Source: Okamejei kenojei
Lineage: Eukaryota
NCBI GenBank assembly: GCA_035221665.1
Contig: CM069140.1
Location: forward strand, 22,754,001-22,818,000
Length of the DNA: 64,000 bases
Direction of reading: 5' to 3'
Both the position numbers and the translations under genes were made by a program. The notes under the pieces were generated by a model. The model was not told the origin of the DNA, ran no database searches, and worked only from the letters and a program-made list of their open reading frames with translations. Positions 51,018 through 64,000 of this stretch are shown piece by piece. Within the stretch, counting starts at the first letter, position 1, and every line of letters starts with the position of its first letter.

Positions 51018-52910
51018 TATTCTTTTTCTCCTGAGATGCTGCCTGTCCCGCTGAGTTAATGGAGCGTTTTGTGTCACTCAAGGGATAATATTAACGGTTC
51101 TAGCATGGAAGTACCGTGGAAATAAACCATATATAGTGATACTATTCCCATTATATGATTTTTCTTTCTTGGAGAGAGGACATCCAAACTAACACTTTAT
51201 ATCGGAAATCATCTTTGGGATATTCTATCACCACCCTTTCAGCTAATGGGGCACCTTTAGCACATGTCTGTGAGACAACTTCTAAACATCAGTGAAGCAA
51301 CTAGCCTGCATTTGGCTGCTTGTGAATTCTGATCAAACATTTGACTCCCCATATAAAGTGATCCCGGAATTGAAGGGTGGGACCTCAATGTCCAAGCTGC
51401 CAGCTGAATATCTAAAACGAAGAAACGAGCTGAAAAAAAAATCACATAAAGATATTTTATGTCTGCTATTGTCGAATAATTTCCTCTCAAGTTTCCAGCA
51501 TCTGCGACTATTTTTTTTTAACATTCATATTCCATAATTGGAAACATTTTAAAATACAAATATAACAAAAATGCAAACAGCCAGTGCGAATGCAAACCAA
51601 ATAGCGTTGGTTATTTTGACTGGATAGCATCATTTGCGTTTCCACCGCTGCTTTGCCGGCGCTTCAAAAAGAGAACAGAGGGACCTGGGTTTGGTGTATG
51701 GAGAACTTCAATAAAAGCAAATCTGACGGGGATCCTGTGGGCAGTGCATGTTGGATTGTATTCTAATAGATCCCGCCAACGATTAAACAAATCATTCTCA
51801 AAAGTGCTGAATTATACCTCACGCTACCAGTAAGAGAGGTGATTACGGCATACTGAGCGTGTTAAATTCTGATTCTATTTCAGAAGTGCTTTATTAGTCA
51901 CATGCACCGGATGTGAACCGGAACAATGAAATTGTTACTTCAGCAGATTTATACTATTCTATATTAGTTTTAAATTAAAAATAGTATCTCCGAACTTAGA
52001 CCTGTTCAACTTCATCTAGCCAAAGTGGGGTATGTGTTTGTGAGGGAAGGGTTGATTGTATGGTACTTTAAGTGGGTCCCGCCGACGCACCCACGCCAGC
52101 AGAACGAGGCGTTTTGACATCTGGCAAATTTCTTCAAAATAAAGGTTATAACGCGATTTGAAAAATAAACACGCACGTCGGTTGGAGGAGCAATTAGACA
52201 CCGTACAATATCAGGTTAATAAACTTCCTGGCGAGTTCATTTGACGTTTCCTTCCGTGACTATGAGTCCGGCTTTAACAAATAATGGGGAAAGGAGGGGG
52301 GAGGGGAACGTTTTCGCCAAACAGATGTTGACAGAAGTCTCAATTCAATGATATTTGTAGATGAAAAAGACAGACATATAGCACTGGCACCGAACTGGCC
52401 GCCCAAATCTAGGAAAAGGGTCTGGAGGGAAACTAATGATGAAAAAAAAACGTCTACCCCGTCTCAGTTGCCTTAATTAAATGCATGGAAAGAACCGAGA
52501 GGCTCACATCTGGTTTCAATATGGTTCTCTTTGATGGCATCAAGTGTTCTTTTCCCATATCAGGCCGCCGCAAGTAATAGGACGTCTATTCCAGCGCGGA
52601 GCCCAGACTCCTGCCATTTCCACACATGGACTCCCTTCATTCCTGTTGAGTCCTCTTACTGAAAGCTCACGCAATCTTCGGCATGAGGACAGAATATCAC
52701 GGAATGCTGCGGGGCGGGGGAGGGGAATGATAACTTCAAAACTATATAACATCTTTGCAAAAATTTAATAAAAACGAGAAAGGAACTGAATCTTTCACAT
52801 GCTTGTTTTTGCTGGTAATGCGTTCAAACGCACCGCGAGACACTCGCGGAAATCGCCAAACAGAAAAAAAACAACTGAAAATGCCTATTCGTGAAAAAAA
52901 CTTCTGGCAT

Positions 52911-52921
52911 TTCCCTCCCTC

Positions 52922-52963
<42 letters not shown>

Positions 52964-52970
52964 CTCCCCC
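52911..52970. repeat. Poly-C tract (about 38 uninterrupted C)
   Basis: Seen directly. It produces the spurious poly-Pro in ORF 52755..53174. Confidence 0.9.
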
Positions 52971-53149
52971 GATCCGTGTGGTTCTGATCGCTGCTACACA
53001 AGTGAAACAAAAGCTAAATGCTGGCCGGGCTGGCTACACACAGGCGTGATCACTGGCTCTGTGTTGCTCCGACTCGGAGCGTCCCGCCAGTGCCGGCAGG
53101 CGCAGGAGCCCAGGTCACGTTCAAACGCACCGGGCACGGTTTCTGTCTG

Positions 53150-54213
53150 CCTGCTGATTGGAAATGTAAGTTAGGGGCATTGGATTAACTTTATTTGCCA
53201 CAAAGTTGACTTGGCGTTGCATGTGTAGGTGAGTACATGGCCCTTGTAATATTTTCTTTCGCCTGAAGCAAGGAACTATTTATGGCCGTATGCAAAGGAA
53301 AAGCGGATTTTTTTTTAATTCAAGGGGAGGGGGAGGGGAAGGTGCTCCACGATTGGTATAAAACATGCAAATTAGTTCTTTAACCGCAATGCAAAACAAG
53401 TCTGGGTGAGTTGACGGGATAGATAAACAAGCTGACTCTTTGAAGTATTTTCCTGGCTGTCAGTTTCTCTCTTTTTTTATATATTTTTCAGATGATAATT
53501 ACGTCTTCTAACGAATTACAAAGGGATCCGAGGACAGATTACAAGAGAGCAAAGGTTTCACTTGCCCGCTCTAATCAAAGTGGTGGGAGTGTTGTGATGG
53601 AGAGGGGTCTGTAGAACGTCAGAGGTACAGAACACAGGGGCTTTGCCACGTAATTACAGGCCTGTATTACCAGAATCTCGTCTCCCTGGGGTCACCAATT
53701 TTAATTTATTCGGCGCAAAACAATCCCTGGACGGCACTCCGCTGGCTTTTGAAGTGCCAGAAAGGCCTTTTTTTTCTGCAAGCAGAAGTATTGCACACTT
53801 CAGAGTTCCCCCCGCCTAGAATCTTCCAACCAAAAACTATTTTACCCTCCTGTGTGTGTGTCTCTCTCTCTTAAACCAGAGTAAGTTGAGAAACCTCACT
53901 TGTACATCTGCAAAACATCATTCTTTCTAAACTGATGTCACCTATGTGAGTCAAGAAGGAAGGACAACTTTTCTTCAAGTTCCTGACTATGTACTGCTGT
54001 TGCATTGGCGCCGGAGAAGTTACCGACTCTAAGGAAAGTTTGCTCATTTTTTTCCTTTTTTAACGTTTTGATTTTTCCGGCGTGGGGTTCAAGTGTGTGG
54101 AGACCTATTCTGACAGCATTCGCCTCAACTGGAGGCGAAAGGTGCCGAGGTTCAGAAGATTAATCGAATTTGTATATATACGTTTTGTTTTCAACAAAAA
54201 TAGTTCCTAAACC
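53150..54213 (+). promoter_or_regulatory. PRRX1: PRRX1 promoter, proximal enhancer and 5' UTR region
   Basis: Repeat-free. ATTGG (reverse CCAAT) motifs, ATGCAAAT at 53365-53372, CTAATCAAAG at 53571-53580, CACGTAATTAC near 53648. TSS not determinable. Confidence 0.55.
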
Positions 54214-54463
54214 ATGACCTCGAATTATCCCCACGTAATGGACAGGCAAGCGTCCTCTGTACCCACTCGCTTGGAGAATACTATCACAGCCAACATGGAC
54301 AATTTACAGTCTAAAAAGAACTTCACGGTGAGTCACCTGCTGGATCTGGAAGAAGTGGGGGAGATGAATCTTCAGCAGGCCGACGAGGGAGTGAGCGAGG
54401 CGGGCAGGAAACTGCTCGAGTCCCCGGCGGTGACCAGCGGCAGTGACACTCCCCAACAAGAAA
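54214..54463 (+). CDS. PRRX1: PRRX1 (paired related homeobox 1) coding exon 1
   Basis: Kozak ACCATG. MTSNYPHVMDRQ..KKNFTVSHLLDLEE..EAGRKLLESPAVTSGSDTPQQE matches the PRRX1 N-terminus. Donor GAAA|GTAAGT, phase 1. Confidence 0.96.
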
Positions 54464-57102
54464 GTAAGTGTGAACAAAACATAAATAAAATGGGGGACAA
54501 GGGTTTACTAACGGGATTATCACTGTGGCGCAAAGAGTGATCATCGCATTAACACGTACGTGTAAATGTCGTGGAGCCGTTTGTTATTACGGAAGCTTGG
54601 AGATGTCGCTTGGCACAGTCCCGAGGCGCCTTTTATGAGGCAGATGGAGGTAAATGTTTTGCGGAGGGGGGGCGGGTGAAGGAAAACACACTTAAAAGTT
54701 CCTTATGCAAGATGTTCCGTATTCTAGCCTGCTATTTACAGAATTTCCCTAATGCGAATATGTTTTGGGTGTAGTGAAAATTTAAAATAATCTATATCGA
54801 GTTTCGCCCCCTTACACAGTGCGGTCTAACTAACTAGTGTTTCATACTGAAAAGAAGAAGTACAGGTATGTAGGAAAACAGAAACGACTGACTCATAAAC
54901 TGAAAATTAACAGCCAATGTCAATAATTGTGACTTCAAGCAGTAATGTTACAATGCAATGTGAGTATTGGAGTAGGACAGTATGGAGATTGAGGTGGGCT
55001 GTTGCGTTCTGGTCGGCCACATTATACCAATGGAGAATATTTCAAGGTCATGTCTATATGGATAACGCCATTAAATGCAATTGGTTTGGCAAAGCGAGAT
55101 TATTGTAAATTCAGAGTTGTGCCGTCCAACTGTTTAGCAATGCGTCGGGCCCATTAGCAGAACCATATTGCTTTTGATCGTTCATTATCTGAGAACATGT
55201 GTAGCCATTACAAGTGGACGTATTGAATTTGACAAAAGTGCTTTAAGTGTCCCCACAGACAACAACACTGGTAATGACAGCTAATCTGATTAGATTGATA
55301 AATTGATTGGTCATGCATCAACGATAAAAGACGACATCTTTGTTTTCAATGAATCATGCCTCGCATGTGAAGTTAAGGAAACATTTACTTCCAATTATCC
55401 ACGGCAACAGGCTGGCCAAAACTCACTCTCTCCCTGTGCACAGAATAACTCCGATTTTTTATCACTTTTTGAAGTGAAATAATTTCCACATCCAGTAACA
55501 CTTGAATCTTTTGCATTTTCCGTAAGCGCCGAATATAAGGGAATGCGAGGAATGATTTAAACTATCTACCCTACAGAGATGGAGGCCCAGATGAGAAACG
55601 AGGATCAATTGGTACATGATTTGACGTGGGACAGTCAGTTTTATTTGCTCCAGTTGTATATTTTAAAAAACACAAGCCCCTGAAAATTCAATTCTCTCCC
55701 AGGGCTGGCACCAGTTTGCTAATAAAAGATAAGGGAAAAACGTGTAAATTCTTAGCTTCTTTCATCCTAGTGCAGTTAAGATAAAGATTGTTAGATGTTT
55801 TCCGCCTGCCTGTGGATCAGAGTGAGTTCGATGCTGTCTGATTGATGTGTGGTGTTCAGAATGTCCCCCCCCCCCCCCCCCCCCCCCCCTTCCCTTTCCC
55901 TCCAGAGACCTCTACTGACCATTAGATACGGCTTATTGAGCCAGCCTGGCCTAAATTCATCAGCCCCCACCCCTTTACATTTCTCTGACAGCACAGCAGA
56001 TGTGGATCGGCGCCGGCAATGTGCCCCTGACCGGAGATCTGCCTTGATCCCCTGGTCTGAGAATCTGCCCCGAGCAACACAACCAGTCTGACATTCTGAA
56101 CAGGGCCCCGGGAAACGACTACTAACATTTTATAGTTTATAGTTGCCCCCGCTACATTTTAACAGTCCAATTACGGAACACATTGCTGGCTGAGGCCATT
56201 TTATATTTATAACAAGTTTCATAATGCCAGGTATTAAGCCAAGGGAATATTTGAGGAGAGGAAAGGGAGTCCGTTCTATCGAGTTAGTACACGCTTTCAA
56301 ATGAAGACCCATCCCTCCTAATAAAGCTCCCAAGTTTAAAGGCCCAGAATTAACCGCTGGCCTCCAAGGGATGTGATATTAACCAACGCCGTTTAACCAA
56401 AGCAGTACAAGGTTTTATTTTGGAAGAAGTGCCCTGCAGTGGTTCATCGCTAAGCAGCCAGTGTCACCCTCGGCAGAGTGTGGGGGAGATGTTGGGTGCT
56501 CTCACCTATACACAGGGGATGATCCATTCAGTCGACACACTTCACACTTTTAAACACTTGCGGCAGCCAGACCAGCCAGGCACAGACCGACTCGTCCGCA
56601 AGTCGGAAAATAAACTGAAGAGGAGTTATACAATTAAAACAACGTGACACTATTTCTAGTGGTGGTAGAAACCTAGTTTGCTTTCCCTTTTGAAGTAGTA
56701 AAGAAGTGGAGTTGCATCTGTACAACGGACATCGTTTCGCGTGAGGTTGGTGGATAATCACAATACAGATAGAATGAGGCTCACTGCGGAAGTGTTGTTG
56801 CATAACCTTTCACCGGTTGATTTTTCCTGGTAGATTGGAAAGACAAACAATCAAGAAACACGGCCGTTATAATGTTACAGCAAGAAAGTTGCTATTTATT
56901 AATCCGATTCGTAAAGTCACCGGTTGCAGCTGTAAATAATTATTTAGTGTTTGACAATAAGAATTATTTCAGTGAAGGTCAGTAGGTCTCCAGTGGATAT
57001 ATACGGAGATTATGAGTAAGAAGGAACAGCAGATGCTGGTTTAAATCGAAGATAGACACTCCACATCACCGTCTATATCTCTCGTGTTCCTTATCCCTAA
57101 CC

Positions 57103-57136
57103 AGTCTGAAGAAGGGTCTCGACCCGAAACGTCACC
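57103..57136 (+). ncRNA. Minimal hammerhead ribozyme motif, sense strand, PRRX1 intron 1 (repeat about 57015-57200)
   Basis: AGTCTGAAGAAGGGTCTCGACCCGAAACGTCACC; intact core. Confidence 0.68.
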
Positions 57137-58760
57137 CATTCCGTCTCTCCAGAGATGCTGCCTGTCCCGCCGAGTTACGCCAGCTTTTTGTGTCTATCTA
57201 CGGAGATTGTGATTTGCTTAAGCCTTGATCTGAAGCATTTTCGGGCGGAATCAACTGTTCGTTAACAGTTGCATGCAGCCGTCTACAATATCATGAAATA
57301 CAGGTTGACTTGCGCAAGATTACAAACCTATTCACGCACCCATATAAAGGGGCACTGGAATGCAAGTTCGAATCTGGAGCAGAGTTTGAATACAACCTTA
57401 CACCGCAGCAGAAATAAATTGTCTAAGAAATATCTAAATTGGAATGCACACCCCGCTGGCACTTCAAGCGTTGTAGCCATGTCTTCAATTAATGTGAGAA
57501 ACAGGCATCGATTAAACCAGGTGCATTAACCGATTCAGGCAAGTGGCTTTTTTCTCAAATCAGCATGTACCACATCCACTGTTATAAGATTGCAATGCCA
57601 TCAAAAGCACCTATTTTCAGCGCTAAATCTCAACTATCCATCATGAACGGGTGGCTATTTGTTAATGCAGTATAGTGCCCAGTTTATTGTATCACAACAG
57701 TTAACTCGTACAATATGTAACTCGCATCCATCATATAATTATATTATTCTTCAGTATAGTGTCAGATCATGGAAACAAATCTGAAGTTGCTTGGAGACTC
57801 CTGCAGGAGACACGACTTTCATTGGTAGGATGGCCATTTCATTGCAGTTTTAGCCATTGTAAAAACTGCCCTTTAATGGACAAGGGGAAATATCTTAGTG
57901 TAAATATTTCTCTTTCCTCACGCAAGTTTCCTGTTCTAGGAAGTTCCCTGTCGTGGTTTCTGTTTCAATTATACCTCGGGAAACCTGTACTTCTTGGGAA
58001 AATATTGATGCTTAGAACCGCGAATCCACTCATCAATCAAAGCATCGGCCTGATTTTGGAAATGAGTAATAAAGATAAAAGAAACGGTTTAGTTAAATGG
58101 AAGATGCAGCCCCAGGTATTCAGGGCAGAAATAATGTTGGAAAAACACGGAGCACACAAGCCCTATTTTATGACCCCTTTATGATTTATTTTTAAAAATA
58201 GGACTGTAAAGGGGTTCGAAAAGCAACAGGAAAGATTCATCTGATAAACTGAAGTCATATCAAATAGCTACAGATGTAAAACTTGCAGGGACACCTACGG
58301 AGAGAACATGCTAGCCTGTCCCGCTGAGTTACTCCAGCTTTTTGTGTCTATCTTCGGTTTAAACCAGCATCTGCAGTTCTTTCTTACACATGCTACATTT
58401 ATTAAATAATTGTTCAGGATCAAATGGCCGTTTGGTCTGGACATTTGCCCTTGGCTTGGGGAGATCGACCAGTTTTGCAGACAATTCCAAGTGCGAAATG
58501 GCAATGTTTTAGTTTGAAGTGCATGGATCGTGTTGTCTCTTGCTTCCTTCTCCAGTTGAAACCTAGCAGTAGTTTTAACAAAATGATCAGCATTAACCTT
58601 CGCGGAGAGATATTTGACGGTTAAACGCGGCCATAAGACAGAGAGACAGGCTGCAACCGAACTGCACAAACAGTATGTTCTTCAGATCCCTTGTACTCCA
58701 ACTAGAGCCTTCTTTCTCGTTTAATTCCGCAAGTGCTAACTGATTAAACGGTGCGTATAA

Positions 58761-59036
<276 letters not shown>

Positions 59037-60473
59037 TAAAGGAATAGAGAAAGCAAGTAGACAGATATTTTTTAAAAAAACTATTTTTACAGGTAATGTA
59101 CTCTCTGCTGTTGCCCACATCGTTACCTGTGCTGCATATTATGTTCCCTTATACTAAGAGCAGCTGAATACTCTTCCCCGCCCCCCCCCCCCACTTTTTT
59201 TTGCTTTCAATTCCATAAAGCACAAAATAAAGCAATATTGCCATCATAAACAGTCTGGATTAGGGCACTGAATTATTAGTGCACTTTCTAATGTACAATA
59301 CGCATAAATGCTTAAACGTATTTATCATTTCACCTAAACAAGACCCACACATGTATTGAGGCCACAATAATTTATTTAACAATGCTTGCATACCCTGCTC
59401 AGTCTTGAATTCTACGAACATGTTCAATATCGATCCATTTCCAAATTATAAAGTTCCAGTGTTTCATATATCTTATGGGACATTAAACAAACCAAAGACT
59501 AAAGGATATCGATAGCTGGCGTCTGACATTTCATCGAGTCCTCGTATTCTAGAGAATGATAGCATATATGTAGTTGGATTCAGAATTAGTGTGACTGGAA
59601 ATGGCCACTCAGTGACCTGCCTGTCAGGCAGGGTGTTCATTCCAAAAAGAAAATACGCTGTAAGAATGGCAACGACAAATCTCAACCGCACGGAACGAAC
59701 TGGAATGAATATATCCAATTTGCGGTTCTGATATTATAATCACAATATTTTACAACTTTTATTCAAAACATCGCTTCTCTGAGCCCGGGTCCCCCAGTTT
59801 ATCAAACGCTACAATCGAAATAATTTGTGCATTGGTGTTAGATTTTAAACCCAATATACTAAAGAGTGGGATCATGGACCAAGCAAATTCATTTTCCACT
59901 TGAAGATACAGAACATTTTATTTTAATGTTTGGAGCGACTCATCATAATGAATGTGTTTCAGATGAATTTAGTTGCGCGCTGCAGTGCTTTTATCTGGTT
60001 CCATCGTCTCTCTGGTCAATGTAATACACGAACGAATTCATGGGCATCCTTGTCCGCCCGCACATTTCAATATTTTTTGCTTTACCAGGCTTCCTGGTAA
60101 AATGGGCGTATTAGCCAATTAGTGCCACATAATGCAATGTTATGGTAAGTAAATGATATGGAGTGACGCATCACAATGTATTGTAGACATAACTCCAATG
60201 CTGAAGATGGATCTTGAACTGTAGAGGAGTTAATGTCCTGTTGCGAGCTTATAAACGAGACCCGAAAGCCAGAACATTGAAAAAAAATCTCCCGCATTAA
60301 CTATTTCCATCTCGAGAGTGGTTGTAACGCACCGACGACCTAGGAGCCCGTTGCGAATGGCAGTATATTCATGGCATGGCAGCAATATATAAATGTCTGC
60401 GTTGCAAGCAATCTGTAGGCAGATTGGTGTGATCGTTTTCTTTAGTCCACGAGATCCGCCATGTAATATTAAG

Positions 60474-61165
60474 ATGTGTGGGAAGGAACTGCAGATGCTG
60501 GTTCACACCGAAGATAGACACATATGCTGGAGTAACTCAGCGGGACAGGCAACATCCCTGGAGAGAAGGAATGGGTGACGTTTAGGTTCGAGACTTGGGT
60601 GCGGAATGAAATCCCCGACTCCCACAAATCCCAATGTAAGAAAACAGGGGAAGGTTCGCACTTTAAGCAAGTGTGCCTTCAAGCTGAGAACCGAAATCTC
60701 CCAAGCACAAGAACTCCAAATCAATAATTGTGCGTAAACCAGAAAATGAAATAATGGTATCGGTATATTCATCAATCCTTCCGTTCTCCAGTGAGGATCC
60801 AATGTACCACGTGTAGCAAGGAACTGCATATGTTGGTTTCAATGTTGGAGTAACTCAGCGGGACAGGCCGAATCTCTGGAGAGAAGGAATGGGTGACGTT
60901 TCAGGTCAAGACCCTTCTTCAGATTTGGGTGATGGTCTGGTTTGCGTCCGTAATTCTCTGCAATTTTTTTTTTTTTTTTTTTTTTTGCAGTCTTGCATGG
61001 CAGCATCTCTGGAGAGAAGGAATGGGCGACGTTTCGGATCGAGACCCTTGTTCTGATGGGAAAGGGAAACGAGAGAGGTCTGAAGAAGGGTGTCGACCCG
61101 AAACGTCACCCATTCCTTTTTGTGTCTATTTTCGGTTTAAGCCAGCATCTACAGTTCCCTCCCTC
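60474..61165. repeat. Cluster of Penelope-derived hammerhead repeats in PRRX1 intron 2 (three minus, one plus)
   Basis: Minus motifs at about 60573-60596, 60891-60922 and 61024-61056. Plus motif GGTCTGAAGAAGGGTGTCGACCCGAAACGTCACC at 61077-61110. Confidence 0.82.
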
Positions 61166-62154
61166 ACATTATGTTCCCAGGTATTGGGCTCATATATATA
61201 TATTCACATTTCACTATTTTCAAACTCAGCAGGAAAGATAGAAGACATCATCCTGTAGGTCAAAGACATCACCATGCTGTAGGTGACACACTTTAAAACG
61301 CTCCGATGAAGCCCTTATAAACGCGAGCCGGTTCGCACGATAGTCTCCGCACTCTAGATGTACCATCAAACGTTATTCTACGAATTAAAATTCCTTCCAA
61401 TTTTTATTTCCAACAGGAAAATGTTAGATCAATCATTTGTTTAAACAGCTAAGTTCTTTAGGTAGAATTGTGATTTTTTTTTATATGGGTCAGCGAGGTC
61501 ATTCAAAATGGACTGACAACTCGCCAACTTATAAATGGGCCCTTTTAAATCTGTAAATTGTTCGTAACTGTTTATCTAGAAATGATTTGCAAAATATTGT
61601 AATGTTGGTAAATCCCTTGGGTGTTTTAAAAAAAAAAAACTGGGCACTCATCAGATCCCTATTTCCAAGAATTCCTATTCGAAATAAAAAATAAAAATAA
61701 CATATATTGGGCTGTGCGGATTCACCCCAGAAGCGAGATGGTGCAGTTTGACTTCCGTTCAAGTGCATGGGAGCCGTCCACTATCTTCTAGTAAGCAGGA
61801 AGGATGTCGTGAATAATGAGTTATGTGGACATTGAGGGTTGGGGTTTCGATTGTTTACAGCAGAAGCAACAGTCAGTCCCCGTCTCGCTGGCAGTAAAGT
61901 AATTCTCCCTGCTCTTGAATAGATTTGAAACTTGTGATGGGACTGTGCAGAAATGCTACACTAAAAAAAAACGATCGATATTGTTTGTCAAGATTTATAA
62001 CGCTGGCGTTCAGTCTCCAACATACAGTCCTCAATTCAGTTCCCCAAATGCTAACTGTCCTTTCACGCCGCCCCAGTCTGTGAAAGAGATGTATTTTACG
62101 TGGCATGTCGTTGTCAGGTAAGCTCTTCATTGTGTAACGAACACGTTTAGGATG

Positions 62155-63430
62155 TATCTGCAGCAAGGAACTGCAGATGCTTGTTTAAACCGAAGAAAGA
62201 CACAAAAGGCTGGAGTGACTCAGCGGGTCAGGCAGCATCTCTGGAGAAAATGAATAGGCGACGTTTCGGTTCCGAAGGAGGGCCTCGACCGGAAACGTTA
62301 CACCTAATCTTTTTTTCTTCAGAGGTACTGCCCGACTCGCGGGGTTGCTCTAGCTTTTTATGTCTTTCTGACGTTTGTTTAGATGTATACAGAAGAGGCA
62401 AGGCACTGCAGATGCTAGAATCTTGGGCAAACACCACGTACTGGAGGAATCAGTGGGTCCGGCAGCATCAGGAGATGGAATGAACAGGCGACGTTTCTGG
62501 CCCAGACCCTTCTTCACGCTCAATAAACTCTTTCCCATATAAACAAAACTTCCAGCAAAATACTCTAATGGTTAAACAACCAAGCGACTTTAAAATATGT
62601 TTTAATTCCCGTGTATCGACTTGAGGTACCCAATGTTATGGAATGGTCACACTCATAAACTATTGAAACCTCTTTACTGCAGATGGCTAGTTGAGAAGAT
62701 GTACAACTGGTCTATTCGTTCCGCCTGCCAGTTCCTAAGGTTTGATGATGGTACAGCAGGGGGGGGGGTGGTCGCTAACGTCCCAAACCAAAATATCATT
62801 TCAAAAATGCAACTTTAATGTTGTCTCCCAAAATATCCCCTCTGTAACTCTGGAGATTGCATCATCAAAGCCATTTTCTCCCGATCAAACGACGATCCCT
62901 GAATGGCTTCCCAGAACGCTTTACTCGGGCTATGCCCCATTATAGAATGTAATGAGCGATACACATTTTGACCTGGCAAGAAACTGAGCCGGAAATAAAC
63001 CGCTGGAGGAACTCAGCGGACCAGACAGCATCTGCGAGGGGATGAACCTGATACATGATCTGTGTAGGACCTGTGTCTCCCTGATTACATTTTATCTCTG
63101 TTTGCTTTGTTGTCACCTTCTTCCAGCTAACAATTATCTATTCTAAATTTTCCTTGAGCTTTTATCTCTTTTGATATCTCGTTTTGACACCTTTCCCTTC
63201 CTTATCGCTGAGTCTTGCTCTCCCATGACTTTCAGTCTGAAGAAGGGTCTCGACCCGAATCGTCACCCATTCCTTCCACCCAGAGATGCTGCCTGTCCCG
63301 CTGAGTTACTCCAGCATTTTGCGTCTATCTGAGACATGGTCTGTCCGCTGCCGCTGCCGCTGCCTGAGCCTCTCCAGCACTTTTGTGTTTTTTGATGTAA
63401 CTAAAGATTTCAGCATCTGCAGCCTTTTGA
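62155..63430. repeat. Further Penelope-derived repeats in PRRX1 intron 2 (62155-62370, 62400-62520, 62990-63430)
   Basis: Same family. The copy at 63234-63268 has GAAA changed to GAAT in the catalytic core. Confidence 0.75.
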
Positions 63431-63522
63431 GTCTTCCAGAAAATGGCCTCATCTGTTTTGGTCAAAATTGGAAAGGATAAACGCACGGGATTTATTTTTG
63501 TTTGTTCTCCCTCTTCTCCCAG

Positions 63523-63698
63523 GTTTGGTTTCAAAACAGAAGGGCGAAATTCCGTCGAAACGAGAGGGCCTTACTGGCCAGTAAAAATGCGTCCATCCTC
63601 AAGTCATTCAGCGGAGAGGCGGTGGAGCAGCCGATGGCGCCGCGCCCAGCGCCAAGAGCCCAGGATTACCTGTCCTGGGGAACGACATCTCCATATGG
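63523..63698 (+). CDS. PRRX1: PRRX1 coding exon 3 (gene continues beyond the window)
   Basis: Strong pyrimidine tract, CCCAG|GTT. Encodes VWFQNRRAKFRRNERALLASKNASILKSFSGEAVEQPMAPRPAPRAQDYLSWGTTSPY. Donor GG|GTAATC, phase 2. The OAR-coding exon is not in the window. Confidence 0.96.
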
Positions 63699-64000
63699 GT
63701 AATCTCTTATTGGTAATATAGATATATATTGTCTGGAAATTGCCTTTGTATAGTCGCAGCCAATCTCTCCTGACTGCAGCCGCCAAGGCGATTTAACTGC
63801 CCCTACATGGCGCTAAATTTCATATCGTCCATACGTGTTATCAATTGGATGCTACAATCCCCGATTCCAGATCGTGTAGTCTGGTTTTAACTCCGAGCTG
63901 AGAACAATTGGCCATCAATTTCTCTCTAAGCATAACTAAAATGTAGCCACCCGAATCCACGAACACTTATCCTGGTTTAGTCCTTTGGTTAATGCAGAGC

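Noticed and set aside
52755-53174. Poly-proline ORF
   Set aside because: Produced by the poly-C tract.

Overview
Vertebrate genomic DNA, most likely a cartilaginous fish (skate/ray-type repeats; this is an inference). Two spliced genes lie on the + strand in the mammalian order. GORAB is complete: 5 coding exons (8216-8273, 28521-28875, 30345-30446, 31081-31221, 33053-33491; 364 aa) behind a CpG-island promoter. PRRX1 has its first three coding exons here (54214-54463, 58780-58955, 63523-63698); the last exon is outside the window. The first ~42 kb is packed with decayed CR1, Rex1/Babar, L1/Tx1 and Penelope-like retroelements, tRNA/V-SINEs and non-autonomous DNA transposons, often nested. From ~42 kb on, long retroelements disappear and CpG becomes frequent, as expected for a developmental-gene regulatory domain. 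Most notable observations: (1) about 20 copies of a short Penelope-derived repeat carrying a minimal type-I hammerhead ribozyme motif, including intact sense copies in PRRX1 introns and head-to-head hairpin pairs; (2) a tandem GTTAGTAAGT donor at GORAB exon 2 where the consensus GTAAGT site yields a premature stop; (3) a candidate DNA-transposon excision footprint, perfect palindromes and candidate PRRX1 enhancers. Most listed ORFs are spurious or repeat-derived. All assignments were made by eye; no searches were run.
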